Below, piece after piece: positions 55,926 through 64,000 of a DNA stretch of 64,000 bases. The notes beneath the pieces were generated by a model that worked only from the letters and a program-made list of their open reading frames with translations, was not told the origin of the DNA and made no database searches. Position 1 is the first letter of the stretch; every line of letters starts with the position of its first letter. The stretch is from contig OX597819.1 of the NCBI GenBank assembly GCA_951406725.2, forward strand, positions 45,260,001 through 45,324,000. The letters run 5' to 3'. This stretch comes from Octopus vulgaris. Its lineage: Eukaryota. The position numbers were made by a program, and so were the translations under genes.

Positions 55926-56305
55926 CCTCGAGGAATGTGAAGATGCAGGCTGGAAAGTGGAGCATTTTCCAATCGAAGTTGGATGTAGAGGGTATGTTGG
56001 ACACAGTGTGAGACGACTGTTGTTATCGTTAGCCTAACTCATCGTAAAGTGAATACCGCCATGACCGATATCCAAACTAGAGTGCAGAAAGCTAGCCACT
56101 GGATTTAAAAAGACACGATGAGCAATGGCTAGAGAAATAGCAGGCTGTATTTAATAACCAGTTGATCTAGCAAGCGGGGCCTTATATCAGTGAGGGGGAC
56201 CGGTGCGCATTGATGCCAAGAGGTAAGCCTCGAAACGGTGCGCATTCTCTCCTGATGACCTTGAGTTCACCTTGTTATTTAGATTTAAATAACAAGGTGA
56301 ACTCA
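55926..56305 (+). pseudogene. HERO/NeSL-like non-LTR RLE C-terminus plus structured 3' UTR
   Basis: LEECEDAGWKVEHFPIEVGCRGYVGHSVRRLL..L...QKASHWI..KRHDEQWL; resembles the PVEVGCRGF-type motif of HERO elements. Confidence 0.72.
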
Positions 56306-56578
56306 GTGATAAAAAATCTACAGATGGAGAGGAACATAGTACCATCATGTTCTTAATGATGAAATTAACCTCTCTATCTATATATCTACCTTCTTTGTAA
56401 TGTTGACAAATGAAATAAGTATAAAAATGTACATTGTCCATTTAATTAACAAATATCTATATGGGGCTGAAGATTGCTCGACATTTTAAAACTGATGTAA
56501 TATTACAGTGTTTAATAAAATGAAGTAGCATGAAACGATTGTACTACACTACCTTGGATATCCTTGTTGCTTATTTTG

Positions 56579-56609
<31 letters not shown>

Positions 56610-56768
56610 AGGGGGATGTCCGCTAAGTGGACATCCATTATGCTAGAAGTCGACCCCTTATGATTTTACCACTAAGAAAGGAATGTTCTCAAAAAAATTT
56701 AGCAAATGCTACATATATATATATATATATATATATATGTATAAGGGTGGAAAGGAACACACGAGTTG

Positions 56769-57325
<557 letters not shown>

Positions 57326-57973
57326 CATGTATCTATATATTTATACACGTGTGTGTTTATCTAATATATACGCAGACTCACATACACATGTGTGCGTATG
57401 TGTATGCAGAAACATACATACTTATATATATATGAGTGTGTGTGTGTTTGTATTTATGAGCGTGTGTTTATGATTGATGATGTATATATATATTTACATA
57501 CATACATATATATATATATGCATAAACATATATATATATATAGGCACATACATACATATATACAGAAAGAGAAAGGGAAAGAATGAGAAAAACAGAGAGA
57601 GTGGGAGGGAGAGAGAGAGAGAGAGTAATGGATAGGAAGGCGAAAATAAACTAGTATATGCGAAAAGAAGGAGTGTAAAAACAAACGGACTAGCAAAATA
57701 TACGAACACAGAAAGAAAATAAAACGACGAATGACAGAAAGAAGGAGATAAACAGCGCGCAGAGAATGGAAAATGGAAAACAAGGAATACAAAGTGAATA
57801 ATAAGAAGAAATATGAAAGAAATTGGAGAAAAGACAGAAATATTCTTGGCTGTTTGAACGGCGTGTTGGGTTGTATAAGTTTGTATGTGATTGAGTAATG
57901 GCGGCTGGGTAACATTGACAGAATGCTGGCACTGTGTAATGGTATGTCTATATTGTATTGTAAACAAACTGAC

Positions 57974-57991
57974 GTTGTTTGCTTTCTGCTT
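57974..57991 (-). other. Candidate 18-nt micro-exon
   Basis: tttttgccgtccactttcgaacag|AAGCAGAAAGCAAACAAC|gtcagt. Confidence 0.22.
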
Positions 57992-58153
57992 CTGTTCGAA
58001 AGTGGACGGCAAAAACTACGACGACAGAAGCTATTTATCAGAATTCGTTTAGCTAGTGATTGTAGTAGTTTCGTTTGTTGTTGTTGTTGTTGTTGTTGTG
58101 TTGGTATGGGGTTTTTATTTTCGTTTGGATTATTGTTCATAATATTTCCTTCA

Positions 58154-58235
<82 letters not shown>

Positions 58236-58367
58236 GTCGTTGTTGTTGTTAATAATAATAATTTTTCCTTTTTTTTTGGATTGGTTAGGAATGGTGAATG
58301 GCGTTGGTGGAAGTTTCGGAGAACTGATATAGATTGATGGTCAAACAACTCGTGTTTTCCTCCATAT

Positions 58368-58406
<39 letters not shown>

Positions 58407-58819
58407 CATACATACATACATACATACATACATACATACATACATACATACATACATACATTCATACACACGCACACACATAAACACACACGCACAAAAA
58501 CACAACACACACTCACACAGACATATAAGTACACATACATACACAGAGAGAAACACACACATACATATACGATTATATATATGTATGTTTATGTATGTGC
58601 GTATATATTATGTTTATATATATATGTGTGTGTGAGTATGTGTGTGTTTATGTATGTAAAAGCAATTAAAACTGAGGTTATACAACGTCTTTAATCAAAG
58701 TTATGCGCTACCGCTTCTCAATTCGCCTAAAGCTTCCATTTGGTTTCTAATGACAACAGTGTGACGCTCAGAATATAATATTTGAGACATTATTTGACTA
58801 TAAGCGTAGAAATAATACC

Positions 58820-59165
58820 GATTTTAAATTGAGGCACTAAGCCAGCAATTTCGAGGGTAGCATTTTCGACCCCAGTTCTCAAATGATACTTATTTCGTCC
58901 TTTCCCGAAATGTAAAAACGCCGCTAAACATTTTACCCGGTCAGGTAACGATTTTGCAAGATAGCCGCTTGCAGTGTAGAAGTAATATTAGTTTTATATT
59001 TTTGGCATAAGGCCAGCAATTTAGGGGTACAGGGCAAGTCGGTTTCATCAACCGCAGTTGTCAGCTGGTACTTATTTTATCGACTGTGAAAGGATGAATG
59101 GTAAAGTCGACACCGGAGACATTTGAACTCCGAACGCATTATCAAACGAAATGCCGTTCAGCATT
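58820..59165 (-). mobile_element. Two degenerate family-A SINEs
   Basis: Homology to family A. Confidence 0.65.
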
Positions 59166-59518
59166 AGTCAAGGAGACAGGAATAAGAAGCCTTACAAGAA
59201 GAGAAGAGGAAAATAGATATAGACAAGGGACGGAAGAGAAAACGAAAGGAAAGTTCGAGAATGAGTCGAAGTAGATAGAAAGAAAGGATAAAGCAAATCG
59301 ACAAAGAATGCAAGAAATAAATAAATCTCCGAGTGTCCGAGTGTATTTTGGACTTCATTTATGTTTACTACTGCTCATGTGATGAACTTACTTTCCTTTG
59401 AATCTATCTAACCATCGATCGATCGATCCTTCCATCCATCCGTCCGTTCATCCATCCATCCATCCATCCATCTGTCCATCCATCCATCCATCCGTCCATC
59501 CACCCAGTCATCCATTCG

Positions 59519-59619
<101 letters not shown>

Positions 59620-60085
59620 CTATCTCTCTCTCTCTCCATATATATATATATATATTATATAACACTTGGAAAAGGATGCGTAGCGTTTGATCATACAATA
59701 AATAAATAATATATGAATATATGCATATATACATACGTATATGTACATACCTACAGATGTGTGTATATATACATACATGCACATATAACACACACATACA
59801 CACAGACACATATTCTCTTGAAGTAAAATAGGTATGTGCTTCTGAATGTTATTCTATGTTCAGATGTTGAAGCAAGTATTTATATATCTCACGACTGACT
59901 ACATTACATATTGTTTATCAACGTAATTCCACATAAGGAAGCAGTCTTGATGGGATCTTTGAGCAGATGTTGATCACTTGTGTTAAGTCATTCGCGGATT
60001 TGTCACATAATTGACAGTTTCCTTGACACTTGGATTAATAGTTTCACTCCTTTTGTTTGTGCATTATTTTCAAGCAACAGCTTAC

Positions 60086-60111
60086 CCTTTCAAAAGCATG
60101 ACCTTGGATCT
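60086..60111 (-). other. Candidate 26-nt micro-exon
   Basis: ccgtttcctcacgtcag|AGATCC...GAAAGG|gtaagc. Confidence 0.28.
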
Positions 60112-60543
60112 CTGACGTGAGGAAACGGATACGAATCGAAGAAAGTATACACATCTCTGTCAATATTTGCATCATTACCAAAGTTCCGAGTGTAATTGTC
60201 ATTTATATTCATTTATTTATATTCTGGTCTTGCTTGCGATAGATACAACCAATAGTTCTGGTCTTAAATTTAACATTTTCGGGAACTGAGCACTCTCTAA
60301 AAAGTTCGCCGTTGTTGTGTAAGGTATTTCTCTCCACGTGTTATGAGACCTCGAATGATTTCTTTCTCTGCCATTATTGTTTGATAAGGGTGGCGAGCTG
60401 ACAGAACACTAGAGCGTCAGAAAAATACTTTACGAATTTTTTTTTTTTTTTGGCTCATTACGTTCTGAATTCAGTTTATGCCACGGCCAACGTTACATTT
60501 CATCCTTTCAGGTGGACGAAAGAACCAGTCTATTTAAAGGAGT

Positions 60544-60823
60544 AGAGGCACTTGGCCTAGTGGTTAGAGCAGCGAACTCGCGGTCGAGGGATCGCGGATT
60601 CGAATCTCAGACCGGGCGATGTGTATGTGTTTATGAGCGAAACACCTAAGCTCCACGCGGCTCCGGCAGAAGGTAATGGCGAACTTCTGCTGAATTTTTC
60701 GCCACAACTTTCTCTCACTCTTTCCTCTTGCGACGGACCGGCATCCCGTCCAGGTGGGGAGCCTATACGCCAAGGAAACTGGGAAACCGGCCCTTATGAG
60801 CCAGGCATGGCACGAGAAGGAAC
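60544..60823 (+). mobile_element. Family-C SINE variant (after a family-A fragment at 60389-60530)
   Basis: Homology to 29665-29963. Confidence 0.8.
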
Positions 60824-61566
60824 TAACTATATAAAGTAGCAGTTTGAGTTCTGGATTTTATGGTATCGACTAATCCCACCCCTAAAAAGTGCTGGCCTTG
60901 TACCTTGATCACAAATAATTTTTGCTTCACAAAGACTGTTTCAATTATATTATAACGACATACGAAGGCTCCATCCTGGAACTGAACCCATCTTAAAATT
61001 TAGTCTTTCAGTGAACAGTGAACGCGAAGGTTTTGAATTACGGGGTCGCTTTATTGGACGGGTATCTCTACTGTTTTCGTCCATCCAGTTGCACCTATGT
61101 GATTTGAGGTGAATCGTGGCTACAGATGCGTGGCAACAATGCCATGACCTCATCGTTATGAAGTGAAGTTTGTAACCATTCAGCCTGAACTCTTCTGTAT
61201 GTACTGTATCCGATACGAGAAATACTAATCAAGAATTTGTACTACATGATCTTCAAATGAGCAAAGATGTGTGTCTTATAGTTTGAATTGTTTAGCCCCG
61301 AGTCAATTCTGACCGATCAGAACTATAATCAAATTTATGTTAGCTGTGAGGGTTCCATCTTTTACCTTTGTGCTAGCCAACGAGCCCTTTCGGAAAAGAT
61401 AGTGACCTTTTGATTTATGGGTTATTTAACTGCCATTTATAGCAGGCTCATCCAACACTTAGAAGCTCCTTTATTGGCATAAAACTCGGTTTATCTCGAA
61501 CACTGGTATTCGTGGGCTTTGTTTTTGCATCTGCTACTGCTCTTGTTTCTGCCGTTGTTTTCTTCA

Positions 61567-61679
61567 TCTTCTTCTTCTTCTTCTTCTTCTTCTTCTTCTT
61601 CTTCTTCTTCTTCTTCTTCTTCTTCTTCTTCTTCTTCTTCTTCTTCTTCTTCTTCTTCTTCTTCTTCTTCTTCTTCTTC
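61567..61679. repeat. (TTC)n microsatellite
   Basis: Directly visible. Confidence 0.95.
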
Positions 61680-61964
61680 CAATCAGGAGTCACGCCATCA
61701 GCCTCAAAGAATAATCTCTAATTCGAGCCTACTTTTAGCTGCTAAGAATGCGTTTGGCAACTTGAAGATCCACCCACCACACGCGATACACTGGCGGTTG
61801 AACGGGCGCGAAAGCTACGTTGTTATCCTCATTCCGTAAACGGTGGCTTTTAACGGGTGGAGAGCTGAACCATCCTGTGGTACAGAGGATTCGAAATCTA
61901 GACTAGGGTATGAAAGTTTACCACACCATAGTGGGTTACACCATGGTTCTTCTGCTTTGTGGCA

Positions 61965-62156
61965 GAAGTAGGAAGAAAGAGTGAGAGAAAGTTGTGGTGA
62001 AAGAGTACAGCGGGGTTCACCCCCACCCCGCCGGAGCCTCATGGAGCTTAGGTGTTTTTGCTCAATAAACACTCACAATGCCCGGTCTGGGAATCGAAAC
62101 CGCGTTCTTACGACCTCAAATCCGCTGCCCTAACCACTGAGCCATTGCGCCTACAC
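61965..62156 (-). mobile_element. Family-C SINE 5' part
   Basis: Homology to 21462-21783. Confidence 0.78.
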
Positions 62157-63138
62157 TGCCGTTGTTGTTTCGCCCATATTTGGCACTGATTGAACGGATC
62201 TAAGACATAACAGTTGTAACAATCTATTTCTTTTTCTTTCTTCTAGCAAAAAGAGTGTATTCCAGACTAAAATTTTCATTGTCTTTCCTTTCACAAAATT
62301 GTAGAGCGTGATTTAGGGGGATTTAGCATATATTTCTAGCACAACAGTTAACTTCATAAAAAGACTCTTTCAGCAGTTCATTACGCTTGTGTCGGTTGCA
62401 TAACAGTCGAGCAACCGTCTATCTACATGACATATATCGGCTTTAGGATTAAAACAACAACAATTAGAAAAACATCAACATGATTTTGTCCGTTAGCTCT
62501 CGGATATAACCTTATCTATAGCCTTCATTACTTAAATATATTCTAGAAGACCACCATATAATTAAGTAATTAGCTACTCAGATGTAACAAATTTGAAAGT
62601 CAGAGCTAGATATATCATATTCTACCATTTTCACTGCTGGTTGTCGTTGTTGCTTCTGTCGTTAGCATTGTGGTTGTTGTTGTTGTTTTAGCTGTCACTG
62701 TCTTTTTTATTCATTAACACTGGATCAGTCCTGATCATGCAAACTTATAATAAAAAATTGTCCAGACGTGATCTCTCCGTCTTTGCTTCAGACGTAGTGT
62801 ATCTAGAACTGGATTGTCTACTGTACCCTCCTTCCTTTGTGAAAACAGCAGAGTGCAATAAAAGGTAAATTTGGCTGCTATTTCTATCAGAGACGCCTAT
62901 GGAGTAAAAGAGCTACAACCAAGGTTATTTCATCTTAAATTTGAAAGCTGGGTCAGCGGAGAGGAGCTACAACTAGATGAAATCACAAAGCGGTTTAAAT
63001 GCAAAAGTCTTCGATATTCAAGTGGCTAAACACTGTCAGTAGAATGGTACCCAGATCGTAAGCTGGGTGCGGTCCGGTCCGGCACATTTAGAGAGTAGAA
63101 AGTTAAGGACAGAATTGCTTGCTTGAGCGAGCGTATCT

Positions 63139-63527
63139 ATTTCTTTACTACCCACAAAGGGCTAAACACAGAGGGGACAAACAAGGACAGACAAACGGAT
63201 TAAGTCGATTATAATTTATCGACCCCGAAAGGATGAAAGGCAAAGTCGACCTCGGCGGAATTTGAACTCAGAACGTAACGGCAGACAAAATACCTATTTC
63301 TTCACTACCCACAAGGGGCTAAACACAGAGAGGACAAACAAGGACAGAAAAACGGATTAAGTCGATTATATCGACCCCAGTGCGTAACTGGTACTTAATT
63401 TATCGACCCCGAAAGGATGAAGGGCAAAGTCGACCTCGGCGGAATTTGAACTCAGAACGTCACGGCAGACAAAATACCGCTAAGCATTTCGCCCGGCGCG
63501 CTAACGTTTCTGCCAGCTCGCCGCCTT
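63139..63527 (-). mobile_element. Dimeric family-A SINE with 11-bp TSD
   Basis: CGAGCGTATCT at 63128-63138 and 63528-63538 flanks a full monomer plus a head-truncated second monomer. Confidence 0.88.
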
Positions 63528-64000
63528 CGAGCGTATCTTCTCTGAAGACCTTTTGCTGTTCAGCTCGCTTGAGGGTTTTCTTACCACTTCAATTTGACCT
63601 CCTTCCTTTCTGAAATCACCAGAGTGAGAATGAATGCACATTTGGCTGCTATTTCTAACAGGATCAATGACCACTTTACTACCGATGATTTTGTTGCTGT
63701 TAAAGCTACTCCTGTCGATTTTTATTGTTTGTTGTAACTGCACTTGTTTGTTTGCTTGTTTGTTGATGATGTTTTTTGTTGATCATGTTAAATTGCTGCC
63801 AGTGTTTTGTTGCCACTCGATGTATTTCGCAGTTGATTATTCTACCAAAATGGACGTTGTATACTATCGTTACCGCTGTTGCCGCTATTTTTTCTGATGT
63901 TGATGCTGCTATTTATTGCTTCTGTCTCTATCGTTGTTGTTGTTCCTGCTCCTGCTGCTGTTGTTCTTGTTCTTGTTGTTGTTCTCGTTGTTGCTGGTGC

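Overview
This is AT-rich, microsatellite-dense animal DNA. The tRNA-derived SINE families suggest an Octopus (coleoid cephalopod) intronic or intergenic region; that assignment is inferred. No intact host gene is evident, and nearly all listed ORFs are microsatellite artefacts. A chain of minus-strand micro-exon candidates may mark a large host transcription unit. Recognisable content: many tRNA-head SINEs of about 5 families, a 5'-truncated Penelope-like element (PLE; RT thumb plus GIY-YIG) with an inverted arm and a second PLE relic, a full-length decayed Tc1, mariner relics, MITEs, a Helitron, and R4/Dong-like and HERO-like LINE 3' ends. The main discovery is at 37.6-39.3 kb: a near-identical tandem and inverted array of a ~489-nt non-coding, highly structured monomer. 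Each full monomer carries a canonical type I hammerhead ribozyme (HHR), making it a candidate retrozyme / self-cleaving circular RNA. It shares a sense-outward palindrome in (TA)n with the PLE (6.3-8.2 kb) and with a non-coding palindrome (56.8-57.2 kb). Both of those carry minimal HHRs with a compensatory U3-A8 core. About a dozen further HHR-like motifs occur in PLE-type fragments.
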